From Macrostomum lignano (Eukaryota), in contig NIVC01000814.1 in NCBI GenBank assembly GCA_002269645.1, positions 310,001-374,000 of the forward strand: a stretch of DNA of 64,000 bases. Reading direction: 5' to 3'. Positions within the stretch are counted from its first letter, which is position 1, and the number at the start of each line of letters is the position of its first letter. Below are positions 40,585 to 53,047 of this stretch, in pieces. The translations under genes were made by a program, and so were the position numbers. The notes under the pieces are model-generated. The model made no database searches. It saw nothing but the letters and a program-made list of their open reading frames with translations, and was not told the origin of the DNA.

Positions 40585-43500
40585 CTAGCAATCTTCGCCC
40601 CCCGTTGGGGGACATCTGTATAGAATCTCTGTTCTCTACAAGTAACAAAAAGATAGCCAAAAAAAGCCTTCTCAAAGAAAACAGACAAAATACTCAAAGG
40701 AAGTGCAATGCAGAAAGAAATCATCCCAAGACAGCAAGCATCCCCCAGATAGCAAGCATCCTCTAGATTGCAAGCAACCCTTGGATAGCAAGCATCCCCC
40801 AGATAGCAAGCATCCCCCAGATAGCAAGCATCCCCTAGATAGCAAGCATCTCCCAGATAGCAAGCATCCTCCAGATAGCAAGCATCCCCCAGATAGCAAG
40901 CATCCCCCAGATAGCAAGCATCCCCAGATAGCAAGCATCCCCTAGATAGCAAGCATCCCTCAGATAGCAAGCATCCCCCAGATAGCAAGCATCCCCCAGA
41001 TAGCAAGCATCCCCCAGATAGCAGGCATCCCTCAGATAGCAAGCATCCCCAGATAGCAAGCATCCCCCAGATAGCAAGCATCCCCCAGATAGCAAGCATC
41101 CCCCAGATAGCAAGCATCCCCCAGATAGCAAGCATCCACCAGACAATAAGTAGCTAGTGCGACAATTTCCTTAGCATTATAGTGGCTCCTTTAAAATTCG
41201 CTTACTTTTACGTTTGAAATTGTGTAAATTTTATGTTTGACATGGTGGCTCTTTTATGTTCTACATGGCAACTCTTTTATGTTTGAAACAATGGCTTTTT
41301 AATGTCTGACATGGTGGCTCTTTTATGTTTTTCATGGTGGCTGTTTTATGTTTGACATGGTGGCTCTTTATTGTTTGACATGGTGGCTCTTTAATGTTTA
41401 ACCTGGTGGCTCTTTTATGTTTGACACAGTGGCTCTTTAATGTTCGACAAAGTGGCTATTTAATGTTTGACAAGGTGGCTTTTAAATGTTTGACATGGTG
41501 GCTCTTTAATGTTTGACATAAAGACACATATATGTTTGACATGGTGGCTCTTAAATGTTTGACATGGTGGCTCTTTAATGTTTGACATGGTGGCTCTTTA
41601 ATGTTCTAAATGGTGGCTCTTTAATGTTTGACATGGTAGCTCTTTTATGTTCGACATGGTGGCTCTTTTAGGTTTGACATGGTGGCTCTTTTAGGTTTGA
41701 CATGGTGGCTCTTAAATGTTCGACATTGTGGCTCTTAAATATTTGACATGGTGGCTCTTTTAGGTTTGACATGGTGGCTCTTAAATGTTCGACATGGTGG
41801 CTCTTAAATATTTGACATAGTGGCTCTTAAATATTTGACATGGTGGCTCTTTAATGTTTCAAATGATGGCTCTTTAATGTTTTACATGGTGGCTCTTAAA
41901 TGTTTGACATGGTAGCTCTTTTATGTTGACATGGTGGTTCTTTTAGGTTTGACATGGTGGCTGGTTAATGTTCGGTATAATGGCCCCCCTTAATGTTCAA
42001 CGTAGTGGCTCTTTAATATTCTACATGGTGGCTCTTTTATGTTTAACATGGTAACTCTTTAATGTTCGAAATGGTGGCTCTTTTGTTTTACATGGTGGCT
42101 CTTTAATGTTTGACATGGTGGCTCTTTAATGTTTGACATAAAGTCCCTTAAATGTTCGACATGGTGGCTCTTTTATGCTTGACATGATGGCTCTTTTAGG
42201 TTTAACATGATGGCTCTTTTAGGTTTAACATGGTGGCTCTTTTATGTTTAACATGGTGGCTCTTTAATGTTTGACATGGTGGCTCTTTAATGTTTGACAT
42301 AAAGTCCCTTATATGTTCGACATGGTGGCTCTTTTATGCTTGACATGATGGGTCTTTTAGGTTTAACATGATGGCTCTTTTAGGTTCAACATGGTGGCTC
42401 TTTTAGGTTTAACATGGTGGCTCTTAAACGTTTGACATAAAGTCACTTATATGGTTTACATGGTGGCTCTTTTATATTCTACATTTTGGCTCTTAAATTT
42501 TCGACATGGTGGCTCTTTTAGGTTTGACATGGTGGCTCTTTAATGTTTGACATGGTGGCTCTTTAATGTTTAACATGGTGACTTTTAATGTTTGACATAA
42601 TGGCTCTTTAATGTTCGACATGGTGGCTCTTTAATATTCGACATGGTGGCTCTTTAATGTTCGACATAGTGGCTCTTTAATGTTTGACATAAAGTCCCTT
42701 ATATGTTCGACATGGTGGCTCTTTTATGCTTGACATGATGGGTCTTTTAGGTTTAACATGATGGCTCTTTTAGGTTTAACATGGTGGCTCTTTTAGGTTT
42801 AACATGGTGGCTCTTAAACGTTTGACATAAAGTCACTTATATGGTTTACATGGTGGCTCTTTTATATTCTACATTTTGGCTCTTAAATTTTCGACATGGT
42901 GGCTCTTTTAGGTTTGACATGGTGGCTCTTTAATGTTTGACATGGTGGCTCTTTAATGTTTAACATGGTGACTTTTAATGTTTGACATAATGGCTCTTTA
43001 ATGTTCGACATGGTGGCTCTTTAATATTCGACATGGTGGCTCTTTAATGTTCGACATAGTGGCTCTTTAATGTTTGACATGGTGGCTCTTTAATGTTTTA
43101 CATGGTGGCTCTTTTATGTTCGACATGGTGGCTCTTTATTGTTTGACATGGTAGCTCTGTTATGTTCGAAATGATGGCTCTTTAATGTTTGACATAAAGT
43201 CACATATATGTTTGACATGGTGGCTCTTAAATGTTTGACATGGTGGCTCTTTATGTTTGACATGTTGGCTCTTTTTTGTTCGAAATGGTGGCTCTTTTTT
43301 GTTCTACATGGTAACTCTTTTATATTTGATACGGTGGCTTTTTTAATGTCTGACATGTTGGCTCTTTTATGTTTGACATGGTGGCTCTTTAATGTTCGAC
43401 AAAGTGGCTCCTAAATGTTTGACATAGTGGCTCTTTAATGTTCAAAATGGTGGCTCCTAAATGTTTGACATAGTGGCTCTTTAATGTTCAAAATGGTGGC

Positions 43501-44967
43501 TCTTTTATGTTCGACATGGTGGCTCTTTAATGTTCGAAATGGTGGCTCTTTAATGTTCGAAATAGTGGCTCTTTTATGTTGGCATGGTGGCTCTTTAATG
43601 TTCGAAATGGTGGCTCTTTAATGTACGACATAATGGCTTTTGAATGTTTGACATGGTGGCTCTTTAATGTTTGACATGGTGGCTCTTTAATGTTTGACAT
43701 GCTAGCTCTGTTATGTTCGACATGGTGGCTCTTCTAGGTTTGACACGAAGGCTCTTAAATGCTTAACATGTTGGCTCTTTTATGTTTAACATGGTAGCTC
43801 TTTAATATTTTACATGGCGGCTACTTTATGTTCGACATGGTGGCTCTTTAATATTCTTCATGTTATAGCTCTTTCATGTTTGACAAGGTGGCTTTTTAAT
43901 GTTCGAAATAGTGGCTCTTTAATGTTCGAAATGGTGGCTCTTTAATGTTTGACATAAAGTCACATATATGTTTGACATGGTGGCTCTTTATGTTTGACAT
44001 GTTGGCTCTTTTATGATTGACATGTTGGCTCTTTTATGTTTGACATGGTGGCTCTTTAATGTTTGACATGGTGGCTCTTTTTTGTTCTACATGGTAGCTA
44101 ACTCTTTTTATATTTGATACGGTGGCTTTTTAATGTCTGACATGTTGGCTCTTTAATGTTCGAAAAAGTGGCTCCTAAATGTTTGACATAGTGGCTCTTT
44201 GATGTTCGAAATAGTGGCTCTTTTATGGTCGCATGGTGGCTCTTTAATGTTCGAAATGGTGGCTCTTTAATGTTCGAAATGGTGGCTCTTTTATGTTTGA
44301 CATGGTGGCTCTTTTATGTTCGATATGTTGGCTCTCTAATGTTCGACATGGTGGCTCTTCTATGTTTGACATTGCGCTTCTTTTATGTTTAGCAGTTTTG
44401 TTTTTAAGGTGTTTTAATAAAAAAAATCTTTTTTGCACCACTAAGATTCGAACCCAGGTCGCTACATTAGCATTCCAGTCTGTTCGCATCAGGGCTATCT
44501 TTTTTAATTGGAGAACATGAATTGTGGCCCTTATAATTCAATTCTTACAGCAAGTCAATTGGAGTAAAAAGTTATGACATAATCAATTTCTCAGTCAGCC
44601 AGAATCAGTCTCAATTTAAGTTGGCAATATGGTTACGCAATTTCATTCAAGTCGTGTGTGCATTTCTTCGACACTGTTTTCAACTTGTTGTGATGCAATC
44701 TTTATCACAATCGGAATTCAGCCAGTCAGTTTTTTCTCTAGCATTCTTACAATGCATTTCAAGTCGAAAATTTGGCTTGACCTTTGCAGAAAAGCATGTT
44801 TTTCGAATATTTAATCCCTTTAACATTGAGCAATTTCTTAGCCAGGATGCATGTACCGTCCCAGGAAAATTTCTGATCGAATAGTGCAAGTTTGAAGAAA
44901 ATCGGTTGAGCCAATTTTTCTGAAATCTATCGCATACCGACAGACAACTCATTTTTAGTATATAGGA
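40585..44967 (-). mobile_element. Helitron unit C (4383 bp)
   Basis: Same layout: cassette 44419-44500, 23-bp array ~41220-44370, 18-bp array ~40725-41145. Confidence 0.88.
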
Positions 44968-47863
44968 CTAGCAATCTACGCCCCCCGATGGGGGACATCT
45001 GGATAGAATCTCTGTTCTCTACAAGTAACAAAAAGACAGCCAGAAAATCCTTCACAAAGACAACAGACAAACTGCTCAAATGAAGTGAATTGCAATAAGA
45101 AATCTTCCCAAGACCACAAGCATCCCCCAGATAGCAAGCATTCCCCAGATAGCAAGCATCCCTCAAATAGCAAGCATCCCCCAGATAGCAAGCATCCCCA
45201 GATAGCAAGCATCCCCCAGATAGCAAGCATCCCCCAGATAGCAAACATCCCCCAGATAGCAAGCATCCCCCAGATAGCAAGCATTCCCCAGATAGCAAAC
45301 ATTCCCCAGATAGCAAGCATTCCCCAGATAGCAAGCATTCCCCAGATAGCAAGCATCCCTCAGATAGCAAGCATACCCCAAATAGCAAGCATCCCTCAGA
45401 TAGCAAGCATCCCTCAGATAGCAAGCATCCCCCAGATAGCAAGCATCACTCAGATAGCAAGCATCCCTCAGATAGCAAGCATCCACCAGATAGCAAGCAT
45501 CCCTCAGATAGCAAGCATCCCCCAAATTGCAAGCATCGCCCAGATAGCAAGCATCCCCCAGAAAGCAAGCATCCTCCAAATAGCAAGCATCCCCCAGATA
45601 GCAAGCATCACTCAGATAGCAAGCATCCCTCAGATAGCAAGCATCCACCAGATAGCAAGCATCCCTCAGATAGCAAGCATCCCCCAAATTGCAAGCATCG
45701 CCCAGATAGCAAGCATCCCCCAGAAAGCAAGCATCCCCAAATAGCAACCATCCACCAGACAAAAAGTAGCTAGAGCGACAATTTCCTTAGCTTTATAGTG
45801 GCTCCTTTAAATTGGCATGGCGCTTTATACCTTTACATTTGAAATTGTATATCTTGAATGTTTGACATGGTGGCTCTTTTATGTTTGACATGGTGGCTCT
45901 TTATTGTTCGACATGGTGGCTTTTTTATGTTTGACATGGTGGCTCTTGTATGTTCGACATGGTGGCTCTTTTAATGGTCGACATGGTGGCTCTTTAATGT
46001 TCTTCATGTTGGCTCTTTTATGTTTGACATGCTGGCTTTTTTATGTTTGACATGGTGGCTCTTTTATGTTCGACATGGTGGCTCTTTTATGTTCTACATG
46101 GCTGCTCTTTTATGTTCGACATGGTGGCTCTTGTATGTTCGACATGGTCGCTCTTTTGGGTTTGAAATGGTGGCTCTTTAATATTTGACAAGGTGGCCCT
46201 TTAATGTTTAACATGGTGGCTCTTTAAATTTCGAAATGGTGGCTCCTTAATTTTCGAAATGGTGGCTGTTTTATGTTTGACATGGTGGCTCTTTAATGTT
46301 CGACATGGTGGCTCTTTAATGTTCTTAATGGTGTCTGTTTTATGTTCGACATGGTGGCTCTTTTATGTTCGACATGGTGGCTCTTTAATGTTCGACATGG
46401 TGGCTCATTTAGGTTTGAAATGGTGGCTCTTTAATGTTTGACATTGTGGCTCTTTAATATTGGACAAGGTGGCTCTTTAATGTTCGACATGGTGGCTCCT
46501 TAATTTTCGAAATGGTGGCTCCTTAATTTTCGAAATGGTGGCTGCTTTATGTTTGACATGGTGGCTCTTTAATGTTTGACATGGTAACTCTTTTATGTTT
46601 GATATGGTGGCTCTTTTATGTTCGACATGGTGGCTCTTTAATGTTCGACATGGTGGCTCCTTTAGGTTTGAAATGGTGGCTCTTTAATGTTTGACATTGT
46701 GGCTCTTTTATGTTCGACATGGTGGCTCTTTTAGGTTTGACATGGTGACTCTTAAATGTTTGACATGGTGGCTCTTTAATGTTTCACATGGTGGCTCTTT
46801 AATATTTGACATAAAGTCACATATATGTTTGACATGGTGGCTCCTAAATGTTTGACATGGTGGCTCTTTATGTTTGACATGGTGGCTCTTTTATGTTCGA
46901 CATGGTGGATCTTTTTTGTTCTACATGGTAACTCTTTTATGTTTGATACGGTGGCTTTTGAATGTCTGACATGTTGGCTCTTTTATGTTTGACATCGTGG
47001 CTCTTAATTGTTTGACATAGTGGCTCTTTAATGTTCAAAATGGTGGCTCTTTAATGTTCGAAATGGTGGCTCTTTAATGTTCGAAATGGTGGCTGTTTTA
47101 TGTTTGACATGGTGGCTCTTTTATGTTTGACATGGTGGCTCTTTAATGTTCGACATGGTAGCTCTTTAATGTTCGACATGGTAGCTCTTTTATGTTTGAC
47201 ATGGTAACTCTTTTATGTTCGATATGTTGGCTCTTCTATGTTTGACATTGCGCTTCTTTGATGTTTAGCAGTTTTGTTGTGTTTTTAAGGTGTTTTAATA
47301 AAAAAATCTTTTTGCACTACTATGATTCGAACCCAGGTCGCTACATTAGCATTCCAGTCTGTTCGCATCAGGGCTATCTCTTTTCAATTGGAGAACATGA
47401 ATTGTGGTCCTTATAATTCAATTCTTACAGCAAGTCAATTGGAGTAAAAAGTTATGACATAATCAATTTCTCAGTCAGCCAGTATCAGTCTCAATTTAAG
47501 TTAGCAATATGGTTACGCAATTTAAATCAAGTCGTGTGTGCATTTCTTCGGCACTGTTTTTAACTTGTTGTGATGCAATCTTTATCACAATTGGAATTCA
47601 GTCAGTCAGTTTTTTCTCTAGCATTCTTACAATGCATTTCAGGTCGAAAGAGCTGCTTGACCTTTGCAAAAAAGCATGTTTTTCGAATATTTAATCCCTT
47701 TAAAATTGAGCAATTTCTTAGCCAAGATGCATGTACCGTCCCAGGAAAATTTCTGATCGAATGGTGCAAGTTTGAAGAAAATAGGTTGAGCCATTTTTTC
47801 TGAAATCTATCGCATACCTACCTACCTACCTACCCACAGACAACTCATTTTTAGTATATAGGA
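44968..47863 (-). mobile_element. Helitron unit D (2896 bp)
   Basis: 5' TCCTATATACT, core, tRNA-like cassette (47300-47380), 23-bp array (~45855-47250), 18-bp array (~45110-45760), hairpin plus CTAG. Confidence 0.88.
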
Positions 47864-47904
47864 TTTAGCAAGAATATAACGGAATGATAATCCAGCCTAC
47901 ATCA

Positions 47905-48110
47905 CGAAATAAAGGCATCGAATGGATTGCTAATCTAGCCAACATCACTAATGAAGGAATTGAGTGGATTGCTAATCTAGCCAACATCACTAATGAAGGA
48001 ATTGAGTGGATTGCTAATCTAGCCAACATCACTAATGAAAGAATAGAATGGATTGCTAATCTAGCCAACATCACTAATGAAGGAATAGAAAGGATTGCTA
48101 ATCTAGATTA
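47905..48110 (+). repeat. 42-bp minisatellite (TGGATTGCTAATCTAGCCAACATCACTAATGAAGGAATTGAG), ~5 copies
   Basis: Direct reading. Confidence 0.9.
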
Positions 48111-48254
48111 AAATACAAAAGGATTCGATAGAACTTGCAAACTTAAAAAAAAATAAAGCAATTCAAACAGCATAAAGCACTATAAGAGATGATCTAGTAG
48201 GCAAAAAATAATAGGATAAAGAAATTATTTTCATAAATCTACTAATTTTTATAC

Positions 48255-48637
48255 CCGTCATTGTCTGGTTCCAGTTTATCTGTTGCAGCAGCAGCAGAAA
48301 CCTGTGGTTTTTCATCCACGGCACTTGCTGTTTGCTGCTGCAAATTACTAATTAGAAATGAATCGCCAATCACAGCCAGTTTTAATTCGTTGACAGGAGA
48401 TTCATGCATGATGCTATCAGATTTCGAAGCTTCAGGTTCAATGTTTTTTCCTGTTGGGGTCCTGAGTTCGTTGATTTGGATTGAATATATTTATTTTTGT
48501 TTGAACCGGTTAGGACTTGATTTATAAATTACAATCTTAGCGTAAAAGATATTACAAATTGATTATCATAAAATAGTTCTGCAAATTTGCACTGACCTCA
48601 CTCGCGCTGGACTGCCTTGAACGCTCGATACTCGTTC
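48255..48637 (-). CDS. TTC24: TTC24-like exons 4-5 (48637-48597; 48461-48255)
   Basis: Acceptors tctttccAG and gaactcAG; donors GTCAGT and GTATAA; phases 0/2/2 keep one open frame (ERVSSVQGSPARVR TPTGKNIEPEASKSD...KLEPDND). Confidence 0.6.
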
Positions 48638-48649
48638 CTGGAAAGAAAG

Positions 48650-49115
48650 CGTTATCTATGGCTTAGTACATCTGAACTTAAATTGAACAGTCTGTTATTT
48701 ATGGTTAGTACAGCCGCACTTGCATAAAACCGTCTGTTATCTATGTCTTAGTACACCCGCACTTGAACTGAACTAACTGTCTGTTATCTGTTGCTTAGTA
48801 CACCCGCACTTGAATAGAACTGTCTGTTATCTATATCTTAGTACACCCGCACTTGCATAGAACTGTCTGTTATCTATATCTTAGTACACCCGCACTTGCA
48901 TAGAACTGTCTGTTATCGATGGCACATCTGAACTTGAATTGAACTTTCTGTTATCTATATCTTAGTACACCCGCACTTGCATAGAACTGTCTGTTATCGA
49001 TGGCACATCTGAACTTGAATTGAACTTTCTGTTATCTATCGCTTAGTACACCCGCACTTGAATTGAACCGTCTCTTATCTATGGCTTACACCCGCACTTG
49101 CATACCGTCTGTTAT
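48650..49115 (+). repeat. ~43-bp minisatellite (CTTAGTACACCCGCACTTGCATAGAACTGTCTGTTATCTATAT)
   Basis: Direct reading; fills TTC24-like intron 3. Confidence 0.9.
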
Positions 49116-49142
49116 CTATGGAAAAATGGCAACCAATCATAC

Positions 49143-49366
49143 CACTCTGTGTCTCTCAGGACTCGCTTCAGCGCGCGCCCGTTCCTCAGCGAACTGCTGC
49201 GTCTGTTTCAACTTTGCCTCAATTCGATCCTGATGAACTTTGCCATCCTTTTCGGTTAGCAAAGCTAGCGAGGCTGCAAATCTGTCCGAGGCGGTTTGCA
49301 TGTCGCCATTGCTGAATGCCATGGCGCCCAATGCTTCCAGAGCTTGCCATTGGGTTTTGCGGTCGT
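49143..49366 (-). CDS. TTC24: TTC24-like exon 3
   Basis: DDRKTQWQALEALGAMAF (compare TTC24 'WQACEGLGAAA'); donor GTATGA (phase 0). Confidence 0.78.
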
Positions 49367-49429
49367 CTGCGTGTTGAACGTTAAATACGCTCATCTTGAT
49401 GTACGAAGCTTAGTATTAGGCAGTAATAA

Positions 49430-50106
49430 GTAGACTGAATGAGTGACTACATGACTGACTGACTGACTGACTGACTGACTGCATGACTGACTGACTGACT
49501 GACTGACTGACTGACTGACTGCATGACTGCATGACTGACTGACTGACTGACTGACTGACTGACTGACTGACTGACTGACTGGCTGACTGACTGACTGACT
49601 GACTGACTGACTGACTGACTGACTGACTGACTGACTGACTGACTGACTGACTGACTGACTGCCTGACTGACTGACTGACTGACTGAGTGACTGACTGACT
49701 GGCTGACTGACTGACTGACTGACTGACTGACTGGCTGACTGACTGACTGACTGACTGACTGACTGACTGCCTGACTGACTGACTGACTGACTGACTGGCT
49801 GACTGACTGACTGGCTGACTGACTGACTGGCTGACTGACTGACTGCCTGACTGACTGGCTGACTGACTGGCTGACTGACTGACTGACTGACTGACTAACT
49901 GCCTGACTGACTCGCTGACTGACTGACTGACTGACTGACTGACTGACTGACTGACTGACTGACTGACTGACTGCATGACTGACTGACTGACTGACTGACT
50001 GACTGACTGACTGACTGACTGACTGACTGACTGACTGACTGGCTGACTGACTGACTGACTGACTGACTGACTGACTGACTGACTGACTGACTGACTGACT
50101 GACTGA
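49430..50106 (+). repeat. (GACT)n microsatellite
   Basis: Direct reading. Confidence 0.98.
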
Positions 50107-50562
50107 CTTTTAGGCCGCCCCGAAAGGGAGGGGCACTATTTTGCTAGCAACTAAGTAATTAACTAACTAACTTAATAACTAACTAAGCTAGTTAGTTAAA
50201 ACATTTTTTTTATAAAAAAGACCACTTAGGATTAGGATATGATCAGTTCCTCACTAGCGCTAAATATTTATATGGCATGAATTTTGAGTTGCTAGTGGCA
50301 ACAAAAGTGCAAAACTCTGCCGTCATTGTTTTGAGTCGAAGGAAAGGGTAACAGGGAGGGGGCACAACAGCTACAGCTCAAAGAGCAAGAGGGGATGCAA
50401 CTCCCCTCCCAACTAAACTCCAGATTAAACTGGTTTTCAATCATTTGCCACTCAATAGCTCTGGACATTATAGTTATATTGTTTTTTTTTATTTTAACTG
50501 CCGCTGTCTGGCAGCAAAGTGAATTTTTGCCATAAAATGTCGCAGATTTGTCAATTATTGAT

Positions 50563-51215
50563 CAGACACACAGCCAGACACACAGCCAGACACACAGCCA
50601 GACACACAGCCAGACACACAATCAGACACACAGCCAGACACACAGCCAGACACACAATCAGACACACAGCCAGACAAACAGCCAGACACACAATCAGACA
50701 CACAGCCAGACAAACAGCCAGACACACAATCAGACACAGCCAGACACACAGCCAGACACACAGCCAGACACACAGCCAGACACACAGCCAGACACACAGC
50801 CAGACACACAGCCAGACACACAGCCAGACACACAGCCAGACACACAGCCAGACACACAGCCAGACACACAGCCAGACACACAGCCAGACACACAGCCAGA
50901 CACACAGCCAGACACACAGCCAGACACACAGCCAGACACACAGCCAGACACACAGCCAGACACACAGCCAGACACACAATCAGACACAGCCAGACACACA
51001 GCCAGACACACAGCCAGACACACAGCCAGACACACAGCCAGACACACAGCCAGACACACAGCCAGACACACAGCCAGACACACAGCCAGACACACAGCCA
51101 GACACACAATCAGACACACAATCAGACACACAGCCAGACAAACAGCCAGACACACAATCAGACACAGCCAGACACACAGCCAGACACACAGCCAGACACA
51201 CAGCCAGACACACAG
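50563..51215 (+). repeat. 12-bp minisatellite CACAGCCAGACA
   Basis: Direct reading. Confidence 0.97.
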
Positions 51216-51234
51216 TCATCTCAAAGCAACTTAC

Positions 51235-51848
51235 CAGCCTCCTTGGCGAATTCCAGCGCCTTCTCGTACAGCTGACGAGCTGAGGTCCTATGCTCGCGCC
51301 CCGCGAGCCTGGCATGGCACAGAGCGGCATTCAGGTAGCAGTGCCCCCGGCCCAGGCCGTTAGCGGTCTCCGATGCATCAAACAGAGTCAGCGCTTCCTC
51401 GTATTTGCCAATTGCCTCGTCGTATCTGTTCAACGCTGTCAACGCCGAGGCGATGTTCTGCAGGAAAGCGGCCCGTTGAAACATCGGATCTCGACTGCTG
51501 CCACTGCTGTCGTCGGGAGACTCGCCAGACGATGCCGCGGTGACGCTCTGCAGTCCAGCCTCAAAGCACTCCTTGGCCGGTCCGTACTTGTTTGCATTCA
51601 TCAACGCGATACCCATTTCATTCAGTATGGCTACTCGACTCTCGTTGCTAGGAATGAGATGAGCGTCGGCGATGCTCTCCGCCAGAGTGGTCGCTGGTTC
51701 GAAATCCGATAGAATGAAACTGCAGAATGCGAACTTCACCAGACTGCGCAGCCGCCACTCGGTCAGAGTGGGGTCGCCGCGGCATGCTTCCATGGCGGCC
51801 TTGTAGTAAGCACGGGCTTCCTGAATGCTGGCCTGGGACTCTGAGTAT
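51235..51848 (-). CDS. TTC24: TTC24-like exon 2 (TPR motifs)
   Basis: Acceptor ctcacccAG; YSESQASIQEARAYY...ILNEMGIAL...FLQNIASALTALNRYDEAIGKYEEAL...YEKALEFAKEA; donor G|GTAAGT (phase 1). Confidence 0.85.
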
Positions 51849-51857
51849 CTGGGTGAG

Positions 51858-52615
<758 letters not shown>

Positions 52616-52628
52616 GCAGCAGCCTTAC

Positions 52629-53047
52629 CTCGCAATCCGAAACGCCACCTCCACCTCGAGCTGGTGCTTCTCATTCTTTTTATAATGCACGTAGGCGTGC
52701 CGGAACGCCTCGTGAGCGGCATCGCCTTTGTTTAACCTCTCCTGAGCGACCCCGATGTTAAAATGGACGTCGCCAATGTATGGAACCGGTTTCTCCGCCG
52801 CATCGGAAGGCAGCACCAGCTGGAGGTAACGAACCGCTCTCTCGTACTCGCCGATGGCAACCATGCAGGCGCCCAGGTTGAATGCGCAGGACCGAATCAC
52901 TGCAGCGTCAGCCAGTTTGATGGCCTGCCTGTAGGCTCGCTGAAAGCAGTCCAGAGCTTCGGCTAGAAGCTCCTGACGGAGGCGCTGGCTGCCCAGTCTA
53001 AGAAGGTTTTCAACCTCACGATAATGAGGATTTTTCATTGCTTTCAT
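52629..53047 (-). CDS. TTC24: TTC24-like TPR protein, exon 1
   Basis: MKAMKNPH...RSCAFNLGACMV...GDVHFNIGVA resembles TTC24 'RACAFNLGAAY' and 'GDQCFNVALA'. Donor AG|GTAAGG (phase 2). The symbol is a family-level recognition. Confidence 0.8.

Larger units (their letters stand above)
27760..47863 (-). mobile_element. Head-to-tail stack of five non-autonomous Helitron units (20.1 kb) in TTC24-like intron 5
   Basis: Outer ends are CTAG|T at 27760 and A|TC at 47863 (minus strand). Seamless CTAG|TCC junctions at 36302/36303, 40584/40585 and 44967/44968. Confidence 0.88.

Noticed and set aside
27760-47863. Autonomous Helitron (Rep-helicase)
   Set aside because: No HUH or PIF1-like ORF in any unit; all ORFs there are under 200 aa or repeat-derived.
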